From Candidatus Eiseniibacteriota bacterium (GTDB lineage: Bacteria > Eisenbacteria > RBG-16-71-46): DNA of 64,000 bases. The position numbers and the translations under genes were made by a program. Below, piece after piece: positions 38,555-50,246 of the stretch (the stretch's first letter is position 1; each line of letters starts with the position of its first letter). Location: the NCBI GenBank assembly GCA_031370785.1, contig JANMQY010000114.1:32001-96000 (forward strand), in the 5' to 3' direction. Below the pieces are notes generated by a model, which worked only from the letters and a program-made list of their open reading frames with translations, was not told the origin of the DNA and ran no database searches.

Positions 38555-39465
38555 CAGGGCACTCCGAACACGACGACCTTGAGGTAGTAGTAGACCAGCG
38601 GCGCCGCGAAATAGAGGCTGTCGAAGCGATCGAGGATGCCGCCATGGCCGGGAATGAAATCCGAAGAGTCGCCGTGCGCGACGTCGCGCTTGAGCAGCGA
38701 TTCGACCAGATCGCCGACCTGCCCGAACACTCCGACCAGCAGTCCCACGGCCGCGGCGTCCCACGGCTTGAGGTAGGGCGCGAACCAGGCGCGCGCGATG
38801 AACGCGGCCAGCATCGCGCTGGCCAGTCCGCCGATCGCGCCTTCCACCGACTTGCGAGGGGAGATCAGCGTCCACGGGCGATTGCGCCCGAAGATGCGGC
38901 CAGCGGTGTACGCGCCGCTGTCGCAGCTCCAGGTCAGAAAGAACGCGAGCGCGACGTACGAGGCGCCCTCGGCGTAAGCCGTGCCCGCGCGCCATGGCAG
39001 CTCGCGCAGCATGATGAAGTGCGCGGACAGCCAGCCGACGTAGAGCACGCCGAACACGGTGACCGCCATGTCCTCGACCCGCTGGCGCAGTTCGGGTCGG
39101 CGCAGCTCGAGCGCCAGCGTCAGCAGCAACCCGCCGGTGATCACGAAATCCACCAGCGGCGTGTGCGGGCGCAGCGTGACCCACAGCAGACCGAGCGCCG
39201 AGACGATGCCGAGCCGGCTGAACGGAGCCAGGCCCTTGCGATGCATCATCCGGTAGAACTCGAGCAGGCCGAGCGTGACCTCGACCGCGACGAACGTGAA
39301 GAACACCAGGCCGCCGGCGCGCGCCAGCAGCAGGAACAGTGGGATGAACAGGACCGCGCTCACCAGCCTCAGGCCCAGCGACCAGCCACTGGCCTTGGGC
39401 GGCGGCAGCGCGCCCGCGCCTGGCGCCGCCTTCTCGCGCAGTACCGCCTCGCCGCCGGCGCTCAA
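38554..39465 (-). CDS. cdsA: Phosphatidate cytidylyltransferase
   Basis: Multi-TM; DSGAY, ISPRKSVEG, GDLVESLLKR, IPGHGGILDRFDS; TTG start overlapping the uppS stop. Confidence 0.93.
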   Translation of the reverse strand: MSAGGEAVLREKAAPGAGALPPPKASGWSLGLRLVSAVLFIPLFLLLARAGGLVFFTFVAVEVTLGLLEFYRMMHRKGLAPFSRLGIVSALGLLWVTLRPHTPLVDFVITGGLLLTLALELRRPELRQRVEDMAVTVFGVLYVGWLSAHFIMLRELPWRAGTAYAEGASYVALAFFLTWSCDSGAYTAGRIFGRNRPWTLISPRKSVEGAIGGLASAMLAAFIARAWFAPYLKPWDAAAVGLLVGVFGQVGDLVESLLKRDVAHGDSSDFIPGHGGILDRFDSLYFAAPLVYYYLKVVVFGVP

Positions 39466-40205
39466 TCCACCCGTCCGAAGCGGCGCTCGCGTTTCTGGAA
39501 ATCGGCGACCGCCTGATAGAGATGCCGGCGCCGGAAATCCGGCCACAGCGTTTCGGTGATCCACATCTCGGCATAGGCCATCTGCCACAGCAGGAAGTTC
39601 GAGATCCGCATCTCGCCGCTGGTGCGGATCAACAGGTCGGGGTCGGGAAGCGCGGCGGTGTAGAGGTGGCGCTCGATCTGCGCCTCGCCGACGTGCGCCG
39701 GATCGATCGGGCGCTCCGAGTGCTCGCGCAGCAGGCCGCGCACCGCATCGACGATCTCGGCCCGGCCGCTGTAGGACAGCGCGAGATTGAGCCTGAGTCC
39801 GGTCGAGCCCGAGAGGAAGTCGCGGGCTTCGGCGATCGCGTTGCGCACCGGCGCAGGAAGATCCTGCTCGCGCCCGATCACCTGGAGCCGGACGTTCTGG
39901 CGGCGCAGCTCCTCGCGCTCCTCGCGCAGGGTGTGGCGCAGGATGGTCATGAGCGCATCCACTTCGCGCTTGGGCCGTTTCCAGTTCTCGATCGAGAACG
40001 TGTACAGGGTCAGCACCTCGACCCCGAGCGCGACGCATCCCTTGACCGCTTCGCGCACCGATTCGCGGCCGGCGCGATGCCCCATCAGCCGGGGAACGCC
40101 GCGCGCCTTCGCCCATCGCCCGTTGCCGTCCATGATGATGGCCACGTGGCGTGGCAGGTTACCGCGGCGAATCAGCTCGTCAGGCGTCAGCGCGCGAGCC
40201 GGCAA
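39462..40205 (-). CDS. uppS: Undecaprenyl diphosphate synthase
   Basis: PRHVAIIMDGNGRWA, FSIENWKRP, PDLLIRTSGEMRISNFLLWQ, RERRFG; TTG start 40205 with an AAGGAG SD. Confidence 0.96.
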   Translation of the reverse strand: MPARALTPDELIRRGNLPRHVAIIMDGNGRWAKARGVPRLMGHRAGRESVREAVKGCVALGVEVLTLYTFSIENWKRPKREVDALMTILRHTLREEREELRRQNVRLQVIGREQDLPAPVRNAIAEARDFLSGSTGLRLNLALSYSGRAEIVDAVRGLLREHSERPIDPAHVGEAQIERHLYTAALPDPDLLIRTSGEMRISNFLLWQMAYAEMWITETLWPDFRRRHLYQAVADFQKRERRFGRVD

Positions 40206-40345
40206 TCGGCTCTCCTTCCCTTGGCGGGCGGCCTCGTGCAGCCACAAGCCGCGGACTCGAGCCGCGCGCTGACGTAGCCTCGAGCCACGCCGGACACGCG
40301 GCGACCGGCGCGGCGCACCGGATGCGCGGCGTCCGGCGGCCCGCG

Positions 40346-40903
40346 CTAGACTTCCATGACTTCGGCGGTCTTCTTCTTCAGCAGCTCGTCCACCATCGCG
40401 ATGTAGCGGTCGGTGAGCTTCTGAACGTCGGCGGCGAGGCGCTTCGAATCGTCCTCGGCGAGATCGCCGCCCGACTCCTTCGCCTTCACGTCCTTGAGCA
40501 CGTCGTGCCGCACCTGACGGATGTGCACGCGGCCCTCCTCGGCGAACCTGGAGATCAGCTTCACCAGGTCCTTGCGGCGCTCCTCGGTCAGCGTGGGGAT
40601 GGGGACCCGCACCACCGTGCCGTCGTCGGTGGGGTTCAGCCCCAGCTCGGCGAGCTGGATCGCGCGGGTGATCGCCTTGAGCAGGCCCTTGTCCCACGGC
40701 TGCACCACCAGCAGGCGCGGCTCCGGCGCGCTGACGCTGCCGATCTGGTTGAGCGGCACCTCCGACCCGTAGGCTTCGATGCGCACCGTGTCGAGCAGAG
40801 CCGGGCTCGCCTTGCCGCTGCGGATTCCCGACAGCTCCTTGCGACACGACTCGAGCGCCTTCTTCATCCGATCTTCGGCACCCATCAGGATCTTGTTCAT
40901 CAT
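40346..40903 (-). CDS. frr: Ribosome recycling factor
   Basis: IRSGKASP, QPWDK, LGLNP, PTLTEERRKDLVK. Confidence 0.96.
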   Translation of the reverse strand: MMNKILMGAEDRMKKALESCRKELSGIRSGKASPALLDTVRIEAYGSEVPLNQIGSVSAPEPRLLVVQPWDKGLLKAITRAIQLAELGLNPTDDGTVVRVPIPTLTEERRKDLVKLISRFAEEGRVHIRQVRHDVLKDVKAKESGGDLAEDDSKRLAADVQKLTDRYIAMVDELLKKKTAEVMEV

Positions 40904-40908
40904 GAGCG

Positions 40909-41622
40909 TCACTCCCCGACGACGGTTCCGACCGACTCGCCCTTCACCACCCGCAGCAGATTGCCGCGCACGCCGACGTTGAACACCACCAGCGGAAGCC
41001 GGTTGTCCATGCACAGCGAGATGGCGGTCGAGTCCATGACCTTGAGTCCTCGGTTCAGGATATCGAGGTAGCTGATGCGAGGGAAGAAGGTCGCTGCCGG
41101 ATCCTTGACCGGATCGCCGCTGTAAACGCCGTCCACCTTGGTCGCCTTGAGGATCACGTCGGCGCCGACCTCGATCGCCCGCAGCGCCGCGGCGGTGTCG
41201 GTCGTGAAGTACGGGTTTCCGGTGCCGGCCGCGAGCACCACGATGCGCCCCTTCTCGAGGTGGCGCACCGCGCGCCGGCGGATGTACGGCTCGCACACCC
41301 GCGCCATCTCGATCGCCGACATCACCCGGGTGTACATGCCGCGCTTCTCGAGCGCGTGCTGCAGCGCAAGGCTGTTGATCACCGTCGCGAGCATGCCCAT
41401 GTAATCGGCGCCCACGCGATCCATGCCGCGGGTGCTGGCCGCCAGCCCGCGGAAGATGTTGCCTCCGCCGGTGACGATTCCGATCTGGACCCCGAGCTCG
41501 TGCACCTCGAAGATCTCGTCCGCGAGGGCGTGCAGCACCTGCTCGTCGATGCCATGGCCGGCGCCGCCCGCGAGCAGTTCCCCGCTGAGCTTGAGCAGGA
41601 TGCGCTGGTAGGGCGCGGCCAA
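40909..41622 (-). CDS. pyrH: UMP kinase
   Basis: [42 protein letters not shown]. Confidence 0.98.
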   Translation of the reverse strand: MAAPYQRILLKLSGELLAGGAGHGIDEQVLHALADEIFEVHELGVQIGIVTGGGNIFRGLAASTRGMDRVGADYMGMLATVINSLALQHALEKRGMYTRVMSAIEMARVCEPYIRRRAVRHLEKGRIVVLAAGTGNPYFTTDTAAALRAIEVGADVILKATKVDGVYSGDPVKDPAATFFPRISYLDILNRGLKVMDSTAISLCMDNRLPLVVFNVGVRGNLLRVVKGESVGTVVGE

Positions 41623-41626
41623 CGTC

Positions 41627-42223
<597 letters not shown>

Positions 42224-42302
42224 CGTGCTCCTCTTTGGCGTTGCAACGCCCGCCCGCGGAATGAGGCGCGGACGGGCGCGGGGTGGTTTCGGTGAAACCG
42301 GA

Positions 42303-43073
42303 TCAGACGGTTGCGGCGTCCGTCGGCACGCCTTCGGTCTCGGCGCCCTCGCCGCCGAACGAGACCGTCTCCTGCTCCCCGCCCTCCAGCTTGGTCGCGC
42401 GCGCTTCGAGCGCGGTGTCGGCCGCGAATCGCGTGAACAGCCGGATCGAGCGAATCGCGTCATCGTTGCCCGGAATCGGGAAGTTGATCACGGTCGGATC
42501 GCAGTTGGTGTCGACCACTCCCACGATCGGAACGCCGAGCCGGTTGGCCTCGGCCACGGCGATCTTCTCCTTGCGCGTGTCGACGATAAACACGATCGCC
42601 GGCAACCCCGGCATCTCCTTGATCCCGGCGAACGCAAACTCGAGGCGCTGGCGCTCGCGCGTCAGGCGCGACACTTCCTTCTTCGCGAGCTTCTCGAACG
42701 TGCCATCGGTCGCCATGCGGTCGAGGTCGTGAAGGCGCTTGATGCTGGTGCGGATGGTCTTGAAGTTGGTGAGCATGCCACCCAGCCAGCGCTCGGTGAC
42801 GTAGTACATCCCGCAGCGCGTCGCTTCATCGACGATGATGGTCTTGGCCTGCTTCTTCGTGCCGACGAACAGGATGTGCCCGCCCGCGCGCACTACCTTC
42901 TCCATCACCGCCCGCGCTTCCTGAACGCACTTCAGGGTCTTCTGCAGGTCGATGATGTAGATCCCGTTGCGCTCCATGAAGATGAATTTCTTCATCTGTG
43001 GATTCCAGCGCCGGGTCTGATGCCCGAAGTGAACTCCCGCTTCGAGCAGGTCCTTCATGGTGATCTCTGCCAC
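42303..43073 (-). CDS. rpsB: 30S ribosomal protein S2
   Basis: [41 protein letters not shown]. Confidence 0.99.
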   Translation of the reverse strand: MAEITMKDLLEAGVHFGHQTRRWNPQMKKFIFMERNGIYIIDLQKTLKCVQEARAVMEKVVRAGGHILFVGTKKQAKTIIVDEATRCGMYYVTERWLGGMLTNFKTIRTSIKRLHDLDRMATDGTFEKLAKKEVSRLTRERQRLEFAFAGIKEMPGLPAIVFIVDTRKEKIAVAEANRLGVPIVGVVDTNCDPTVINFPIPGNDDAIRSIRLFTRFAADTALEARATKLEGGEQETVSFGGEGAETEGVPTDAATV

Positions 43074-43089
43074 TGCTTCCTCCTGACTC

Positions 43090-43174
43090 GGGGTTGCATC
43101 CTCCGCACCGTCTTCGACTCCGCGCGCGACCCGCCCTCGGGCGGGACCCCGGCGCTTACGACGATGCGTGTGTG
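43090..43174 (-). promoter_or_regulatory. rpsB (S2) leader RNA, t44-like
   Basis: CACACACGCATCG...CCGGGGT...CCCGCCC/GGGCGGG hairpin...GGAGGATGCAACCCC. This resembles, from memory, the E. coli rpsB leader (CACACACGTATCG...CCGGGGT...GGAGGCATAACCCC). Confidence 0.7.
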
Positions 43175-43197
43175 ATCGGTCGGCTAAGGCGTGACGA

Positions 43198-43598
43198 CTA
43201 GCGCTTGCTGAACTGGAAGCGCTTGCGTGCGCCCGGCTGTCCGTACTTCTTGCGTTCCTTCATGCGCGAATCGCGGGTGAGCAGGCCTTCACGGCCCAGC
43301 AACCCGCGCAGCGCCTCGTCCTCGAGCAGGAGCGCACGCGCGATCGCCATGCGAAGCGCGCCCGACTGCCCGGTGTGTCCGCCGCCATGCACGCGCGCGG
43401 TCACGTCGTACTTTCCCGCGGTGTTGGTCACCACCAGCGCGTGGAACGCGGCCTGCACCAGCGTCTCGCGCTTCAGATACTCGAGCGGCGCCCGGTCGTT
43501 GATGGTGTGCTTTCCGTTGCCCGGCATCAGGCGCACGCGCGCCACCGACTCCTTGCGCCGACCGGTTCTCGGCTTGTTTCCCAGCTGACTGGTCGCCA

Positions 43599-43599
<1 letters not shown>
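43198..43599 (-). CDS. rpsI: 30S ribosomal protein S9
   Basis: [37 protein letters not shown]; start corrected to ATG 43599. Confidence 0.97.
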
Positions 43600-44048
<449 letters not shown>

Positions 44049-44152
44049 GCGTCCTCCAGGTCACTGCATCGAGGGAGCGCGAGTCGCATCATCGGCCTGG
44101 TCGAGGCCGTGCGCGATGGCGGGACACCCTCGCTATCCATAAGAAGCGAGGG

Positions 44153-44182
44153 AAGCTAGCACGCGCCTCAAAGCAGTGTCAA
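44153..44182 (-). promoter_or_regulatory. sigma70 promoter of the rplM-rpsI operon
   Basis: TTGACA-N18-TAGCTT with TG at the extended -10 position. Confidence 0.7.
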
Positions 44183-44292
44183 GCCTTGGGCCCCTTCGGA
44201 TGAACTGGCCGCGCGGCCAGTCGAGGCGGCGGCCCCTCGACTCGTTCCAGAACGAGTTGCCCCATCGGACGAGTCGACTACGGCGCCGCGCT

Positions 44293-44883
44293 TCAGACGA
44301 ACTCGGCCAGCACCCGGCGAAGGCGCGACAGCGGCAGCCCCACCACGTTGCACCAGTCTCCATCGATCCGGCGCACGAACTGCGCGGCAGTGCCCTGAAT
44401 TCCGTAGGCGCCGGCCTTGTCCAGCGGCTCTCCGGTGCGCACGTAGGCCTCGAGCTCTCGGTCGGAAAGCTTCTCGAACTGGACCTGGGTGTGCTCGGAA
44501 GCGGTGCGCTGCTCGTCGTCGCGCACCACCGCGATTCCGGTCCAGACCTCGTGGACGCGTCCCTGGAGCTGGCGCAGCATGGCAAGCGCCTCAGCCGCAT
44601 CCGCGGGTTTGCCGAGGCGCACCCCGCGCGCCACCACCACTGTGTCCGCGCCGATCACGAGACTTCCCGGACGGGTGGCCGCGACCCGCTTCGCCTTGTC
44701 GAGGGCGAGCGCGCGCACCCCGTGACGCGGCTCGGCGTGACCTGGCCATTGGCGGTCGGGACCAGGGTCGACCACGGTGAAGGTCGCTCCCACCTGGCGC
44801 AGCAGCTGAACCCGGCGCGGCGATGCCGAGGCCAGCACCAGCGGGGCCCGCCCCGGAAAGAACAGCGAATCCCGGGCGCTCAT
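44293..44883 (-). CDS. maf: Maf-family nucleotide pyrophosphatase
   Basis: LASASPRR, GADTVV, LGKP, DKAGAYGIQG, NVVGLP. Confidence 0.93.
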   Translation of the reverse strand: MSARDSLFFPGRAPLVLASASPRRVQLLRQVGATFTVVDPGPDRQWPGHAEPRHGVRALALDKAKRVAATRPGSLVIGADTVVVARGVRLGKPADAAEALAMLRQLQGRVHEVWTGIAVVRDDEQRTASEHTQVQFEKLSDRELEAYVRTGEPLDKAGAYGIQGTAAQFVRRIDGDWCNVVGLPLSRLRRVLAEFV

Positions 44884-45341
44884 GGGGCCCTGCGCTCCGG
44901 CGCCGGGGTCTCGATCATCAGCGTCACCGGCCCGTCATTGGTGAGTTCGACCGCCATGTGTGCGCGGAACGCCCCGCGCTCGACCGGGACTCCTTCTGCG
45001 GCCAGCGTGGCGCAGAAGCGCTCGAACAGCGGCTCTGCGTGCTCGGGCCGAGCCGCGGCGGTGAACTCCGGCCGACGTCCACGCCGCGCGTCTCCGTACA
45101 GCGTGAACTGCGGCACGACCAGTGCCCGGCCCGCGACCTCGCACAGGTCGCGATTCATCTTCCCCTCGCCGTCGTCGAACACGCGCAGCCCAGCGACCTT
45201 GCGCGCCAGCCAGTCGGCCTGATCGTTGCCATCGTCATGGGTGGCGCCGAGCAGCACCAGCAGACCGGCCTCGACCTCGCCCGTGACCACGCCCTCCACC
45301 AGCACCCGGGCCCGCTTCACCCGCTGCACCAGCGCCCTCAC
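44880..45341 (-). CDS. dtd: D-aminoacyl-tRNA deacylase
   Basis: QRV, LRVFDD, QFTLYGD, GRRP, NDGPVT; GTG start overlapping the rel stop. Confidence 0.95.
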   Translation of the reverse strand: MRALVQRVKRARVLVEGVVTGEVEAGLLVLLGATHDDGNDQADWLARKVAGLRVFDDGEGKMNRDLCEVAGRALVVPQFTLYGDARRGRRPEFTAAARPEHAEPLFERFCATLAAEGVPVERGAFRAHMAVELTNDGPVTLMIETPAPERRAP

Positions 45342-47545
45342 TCTTCCTCTCCTGCCGCGCGTTGCGGAGGATTCGGCGGCCGGATCAGGCGCTGGCGTCG
45401 CTCGACCCGAGCCACGCCCGGAACGCGACGGACCGCCGCCATCACCTCCTGCAGCCTGGCGACGTTCGGCACTTCGACCACGAACACGCCGCGCGCGGTG
45501 TGGTCCTCGCTCGCCATCCCGGCGGTGCGGATGTTGACCGGGATCGCCGCGATCGCCTTGGCGATGTCGGCGAGCAGCGAGGTGCGATCCTGCCCGTACA
45601 CCACGAGCCGCACCGGGAAGGTCTCGCTCGCCTGCGTGTCCCACTCGACCGAGACTCTCCGCTCGGGCTCGACCCGGTTGTTGAACGTGTTGGGACAGTC
45701 CTGCCGATGCACCGACACTCCGCGCCCGATGGTGACGATACCGACCACCGGATCGCCGGGCACCGGCTGGCAGCAGCGCGCAAAGCTGAGCATCACATTG
45801 TCGAGACCCTGGATGCGCACTCCTCCGGTGGGCTTGCGCCCGAGCCCGAGCGCTTCGAGCGGGCCCTTGGCGAAACGCTCGGCGAAACCCTCCTTCTGCG
45901 GCGCCAGCCTGCGCACGACCTGGGTCAGCGAGAGTTGCCCCTCGGCCAGCCGCGCGTACATCTGTTCCGGATCCTCGCACTCCAGATCGGTCGCGACCTG
46001 CTTGAGCTGCGCATCGTCCGCGGTCAGGCGCATGCGCTTGAGCTCGCGCTCCACCATCTCGCGCCCGAGCGCCACGCTGTCGACGTGCCGGCGCTGGCGC
46101 AGCCAGTGGCGGACTTTGGCGCGCGCGCCGGCGGTGCGCACGATCTGCAGCCAGTCCTCGTGCGGCTGGGCCTGCGCCGAGGTGATGATCTCGACCGTGT
46201 CGCCGTTACGCAGCTCGTGGCGCAACGGCACCAGCTCGCCGTTGACGCGCGCGCCAACGGTGCGCTGTCCGACCTGGGTGTGGATCAGGAACGCGAAGTC
46301 GAGCGGAGTCGATCCCTTCGGCAGCCGCTTGAGCTCGCGGCGCGGCGTGTACACGAACACTTCTTCCTGGTAGAGCGCGGTGCGCAGGAAGTCCATGTAC
46401 TCGTCGTCGCTGGCGGAGCGCTGCCAGTCGGCGGTCTGGGCGACGAATCCGCCGAGCTTGGCGTCGAGTTCCTCATCCATGCGCCCGCCCTGCTTGTACA
46501 CGTAGTGCGCCGCAATTCCGGTCTCGGCGGTGCGATGCATGTCGCGGGTGCGGATCTGCACCTCGACCATGTCGCCTTTGCGGGTGAGCACGGTGGTGTG
46601 CAGCGACTGGTACATGTTGCTCTTCGGAGTGGCGATGTAGTCCTTGAATCTCTCGGCGACCGGCGTGAACTGGTCGTGCACCACGCCCAGCGCGCGATAG
46701 CAGTCGTTGCGGGTGTGGGTGATGATGCGCAGGCCGAACAGGTCGTAGATCGCCTCGAAGTCGTGCCCGCCGCGCATCTTGTTGTAGATCGAGAAGAAGT
46801 GCTTCGGGCGTCCGCTGACCTCGGCCTTGACCCCGGCGGCGCGCAGCCCCTCCTCGAGGCGCACGCGCACGTCCGAGAGTATCGCCTCGCGCTCCTCGCG
46901 CCGCGCCTGGATGCGCTGCACCAGATCCGCATACGCCTCTGGATCGAGCACCTTGAGGCTTCCGTCCTCGAGCTCGCGCTTGATGCCGGCCATACCGAGC
47001 CGGTGCGCGAGCGGCGCGTAGATGTCGCGGGTCTCGGCGGCGATGCGTTGCGCCTTGTCGGGACGCAGGAACTCGATGGTGCGCATGTTGTGCAGGCGGT
47101 CGGCGAGCTTGATGAAGATGACGCGCAGGTCGCGCGCCATCGACAGCAGCATCTTGCGGAAGTTCTCGGCCTGCTCCGCCTCGTGGCTGTCGAAGTGGAG
47201 CCCGGCCAGCTTGGTGACGCCCTCCACCAGGCTTCCGACTTCCTTGCCGAAGCGCTTCTCGACGTCCTCGGCCGTCACCCCGGTGTCTTCGACCACATCG
47301 TGCAGCAGGGCCGCGCACACCAGGGTCGTGTCGAGCCGCGACTCGAGCAGGTCGAGAAGGATGAGCGCGACCTCGACGACGTGGCTGACGTAGGGCTGGC
47401 CCGACTCGCGCAACTGATCGCGGTGGGCCTGCGCCACAAAATCGAAGCAGGCCGCGACCCGATCCCGATCCACCCGGGGGGCGCGCTCGTCGAGCGCGGC
47501 GATCAGCGCGGCCCGCAGCTCCAGATGGGCGGCGCTGCCGGTCAC
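45338..47545 (-). CDS. relA: Bifunctional (p)ppGpp synthetase/hydrolase Rel
   Basis: Intact HD motif (LLHDVVEDT), KLADRLHNMRT, GRPKH, RFKD, YQSLHT, EVQIRT, TGS, ARCCQPVPGD, ACT; GTG start overlapping the recJ stop. Confidence 0.96.
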   Translation of the reverse strand: MTGSAAHLELRAALIAALDERAPRVDRDRVAACFDFVAQAHRDQLRESGQPYVSHVVEVALILLDLLESRLDTTLVCAALLHDVVEDTGVTAEDVEKRFGKEVGSLVEGVTKLAGLHFDSHEAEQAENFRKMLLSMARDLRVIFIKLADRLHNMRTIEFLRPDKAQRIAAETRDIYAPLAHRLGMAGIKRELEDGSLKVLDPEAYADLVQRIQARREEREAILSDVRVRLEEGLRAAGVKAEVSGRPKHFFSIYNKMRGGHDFEAIYDLFGLRIITHTRNDCYRALGVVHDQFTPVAERFKDYIATPKSNMYQSLHTTVLTRKGDMVEVQIRTRDMHRTAETGIAAHYVYKQGGRMDEELDAKLGGFVAQTADWQRSASDDEYMDFLRTALYQEEVFVYTPRRELKRLPKGSTPLDFAFLIHTQVGQRTVGARVNGELVPLRHELRNGDTVEIITSAQAQPHEDWLQIVRTAGARAKVRHWLRQRRHVDSVALGREMVERELKRMRLTADDAQLKQVATDLECEDPEQMYARLAEGQLSLTQVVRRLAPQKEGFAERFAKGPLEALGLGRKPTGGVRIQGLDNVMLSFARCCQPVPGDPVVGIVTIGRGVSVHRQDCPNTFNNRVEPERRVSVEWDTQASETFPVRLVVYGQDRTSLLADIAKAIAAIPVNIRTAGMASEDHTARGVFVVEVPNVARLQEVMAAVRRVPGVARVERRQRLIRPPNPPQRAAGEEE

Positions 47546-49254
47546 GGCAACCTCACCCCCTTCACCTTGAGCTGGATCCGCGTCACGCCCATCCATTCGT
47601 TTCGGGTGGGCACGAACGCCACGTCGCAGCGTCCGGCACGGGTTACCGACTGCGCGCGCTCGCCGAGTCCGAATCCGATCGCCTCGGCGACTCCGGTCGC
47701 GTCGCGCAGGCGCAGGCGCAGGTGCTTGCCGCCCCCGACCGCGCTGGCGTGCTCCACGATCACGTTTTCGGCGCGGAACAGCGGCTCCGGATTGTCGAGC
47801 CCATGAGGCGACATGCGCTCCAGCCAGTCCACCAGCTCGTGCGTGCACTCGGCCAGCGTCAGCTCGCCGTCGATCACCAGGCGCGGCACGCAGTCTTCGG
47901 GCGCGAGCCGCTCACGCACCAGAGTTTCGAAGCGCGCGCGCAGCTCGGGCAGGCGCAGACGCGAAACGGTGAGTCCGGCTGCGAACGCGTGACCGCCGTA
48001 GGCTTCGAGCAGATCTCCGCACTCGCCCAGCAGTCGGTTGAGATCGAGCCCGGGCAGACTGCGGCCCGAACCCCGCCCGCGATCCCCGTCCAGAACCACG
48101 AGCACGGTCGGGCGCTGAAAGCGCTCGACCAGGCGCGAGGCCACGATCCCGATCACGCCCGGGTGCCACTCATCCGACCACAGCATGATCGAGGAGCAAT
48201 TGGGCCAGCCGAGCTCGGTCTCGACGCGCTGCTCGGCTTCCGCCAGCGCGGCCTCGTCGAATCGGCGCCGGCGCTCGTTGTCTTCCTCGAGGCTCTCGGC
48301 GCACGCGCGCGCCTCGCTCTCATCGCGGCTCAGCAGCAGTCGCACGCCCTGCTCGGCGTTGCCCATGCGGCCCGCGGCATTGATTCGCGGCGCGAGCACG
48401 AACGCGACCTGGCCACTGGTGATGCGCTTGCCCGAGAGTCCGGCGACGTCGACCAGCGCGCGCAGCCCGAGCCGTTCGCCGCGATTCAGGTGGTCCAAGC
48501 CGAACCGCGCGAGCACCCGGTTCTCGCCGATCAGCGGCACCACGTCGGCGATGGTGCCGAGCGCGACCACGTCGAGCGCGTTGCGCGCGCGCTCCAGCCC
48601 GCCGCGGCCGCGAAGCAGGCCCTGGACCAGCTTGAACGTGACCCCGACTCCGGCCAGCGACTTGAACGGATACGGGCAGCCCGGGCGCAGCGGATTGACC
48701 AGCGCGACCGCGCTGGGCAGCACCGTGGGCGGCTCGTGATGGTCGGTGATCACCGTGTCGATGCCGAGCGTGGTGGCGCGGGCCACCGGCTCGACCGCGG
48801 TGACGCCGCAGTCCACGGTCACGATCAGCGTGCACGCGCGGCGGTGGGCTTCGTCGATCGCATCGAGCGAGAGCCCGTAGCCGTCCTTGGTCCGGTGCGG
48901 AATGCGGTAGTCCACCTTCGCGCCGAGCCCCACGAGCACGTGGTAGAGCAGGAAGGTGGATGTGATCCCGTCGACGTCGTAATCGCCGTGGACCAGGATG
49001 CGCTCGCTGCCTTCGATCGCACGCTGGATACGCTCGACCGCGCGATCGAGGTCGAGCAGCAGGAACGGGTCGGACAGGTCCTCGAGCGACGGCTCGAGGA
49101 AGCGCCGCGCGGCATCGACCGAGTCCACCCCGCGATTGACCAGGGCGTGCGCGACCGCCGTCGGTGAGCCGAGCGCGCGCGCCAGATCCAGCGCGCGATC
49201 CAGGTCGCGCCGTGTGTGCAGCGTCCACTGCGGTACGACCGGCGGTGCGATCAC
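47542..49254 (-). CDS. recJ: Single-stranded DNA exonuclease RecJ
   Basis: GDYDVDG, TVDCG, TDHH, GTIADVVPL, PRINAAGR, GSGRS, GGHAFAAG; start uncertain (GTG 49254). Confidence 0.95.
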   Translation of the reverse strand: MIAPPVVPQWTLHTRRDLDRALDLARALGSPTAVAHALVNRGVDSVDAARRFLEPSLEDLSDPFLLLDLDRAVERIQRAIEGSERILVHGDYDVDGITSTFLLYHVLVGLGAKVDYRIPHRTKDGYGLSLDAIDEAHRRACTLIVTVDCGVTAVEPVARATTLGIDTVITDHHEPPTVLPSAVALVNPLRPGCPYPFKSLAGVGVTFKLVQGLLRGRGGLERARNALDVVALGTIADVVPLIGENRVLARFGLDHLNRGERLGLRALVDVAGLSGKRITSGQVAFVLAPRINAAGRMGNAEQGVRLLLSRDESEARACAESLEEDNERRRRFDEAALAEAEQRVETELGWPNCSSIMLWSDEWHPGVIGIVASRLVERFQRPTVLVVLDGDRGRGSGRSLPGLDLNRLLGECGDLLEAYGGHAFAAGLTVSRLRLPELRARFETLVRERLAPEDCVPRLVIDGELTLAECTHELVDWLERMSPHGLDNPEPLFRAENVIVEHASAVGGGKHLRLRLRDATGVAEAIGFGLGERAQSVTRAGRCDVAFVPTRNEWMGVTRIQLKVKGVRLP

Positions 49255-49303
49255 AGGGCTTTCTGGGGTCGAGAGGGTGGCTGGCGGCAGTTGATGGACC
49301 ACG

Positions 49304-49332
49304 ACGCTAACAGCCGGCTTCGCCGCGAGCAA
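49304..49332 (-). promoter_or_regulatory. Putative sigma70 promoter for recJ-rel-dtd-maf
   Basis: TTGCTC-N17-TAGCGT with an extended -10 TG. Confidence 0.4.
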
Positions 49333-49378
49333 GACGCGCGCCTGCCAGCCCGAGTCCCGATGCGGGCGCATGACGAGA

Positions 49379-49404
49379 CGCCCGGCGCATTTTCGCGCCG
49401 GGCG
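49379..49404 (-). terminator. Hairpin downstream of rnpB (putative terminator)
   Basis: CGCCCGGCGC-GAAAAT-GCGCCGGGCG 10-bp stem; U-tract is weak. Confidence 0.5.
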
Positions 49405-49413
49405 CAGAAACAA

Positions 49414-49799
<386 letters not shown>

Positions 49800-49816
<17 letters not shown>

Positions 49817-50237
49817 AACCTGTGTGACGATCCAGTGTGTCGTTGACCAGCTGGTCGGCGCGAGCGTTCTTCTCGCGACGCACCGCCGTGTATCGCACCG
49901 CCGCGACCCTCGCGGCGGCCTGCCGCGCCTTCTCGTGGAGCGGCTTCAATCCCGGGTTCTTCACCCGGTACTCGCCGGTCATCTGCCTGATGACCAGTTC
50001 GGAATCCATGCAGACCAGCAGCGGCGCCGCGGCGAGACGCACCGCGGTCTCGAGCCCGGCGATCAGTGCGTGATATTCGGCGACGTTGTTGGTGACGCTT
50101 CCGAGATAATCGCCGCGGGCCTCGATCTCGCGGCCGTCGGGCGCGAAGAGAACGAAGGCCGATGCGCCAGGCCCGGGGTTGCCGCGCGAGCCGCCGTCGC
50201 AGTGCAGCACCCACTCGTTCGCGCGCGCCTCGGTCAT
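49800..50237 (-). CDS. rnhA: Ribonuclease HI (RVT_3/archaeal-like type)
   Basis: DGGSRGNPG, TNNVAEY, DSELVIRQMTGEYRVK, RREKNARADQLVN. Confidence 0.93.
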
Positions 50238-50246
50238 GGACGCAGA

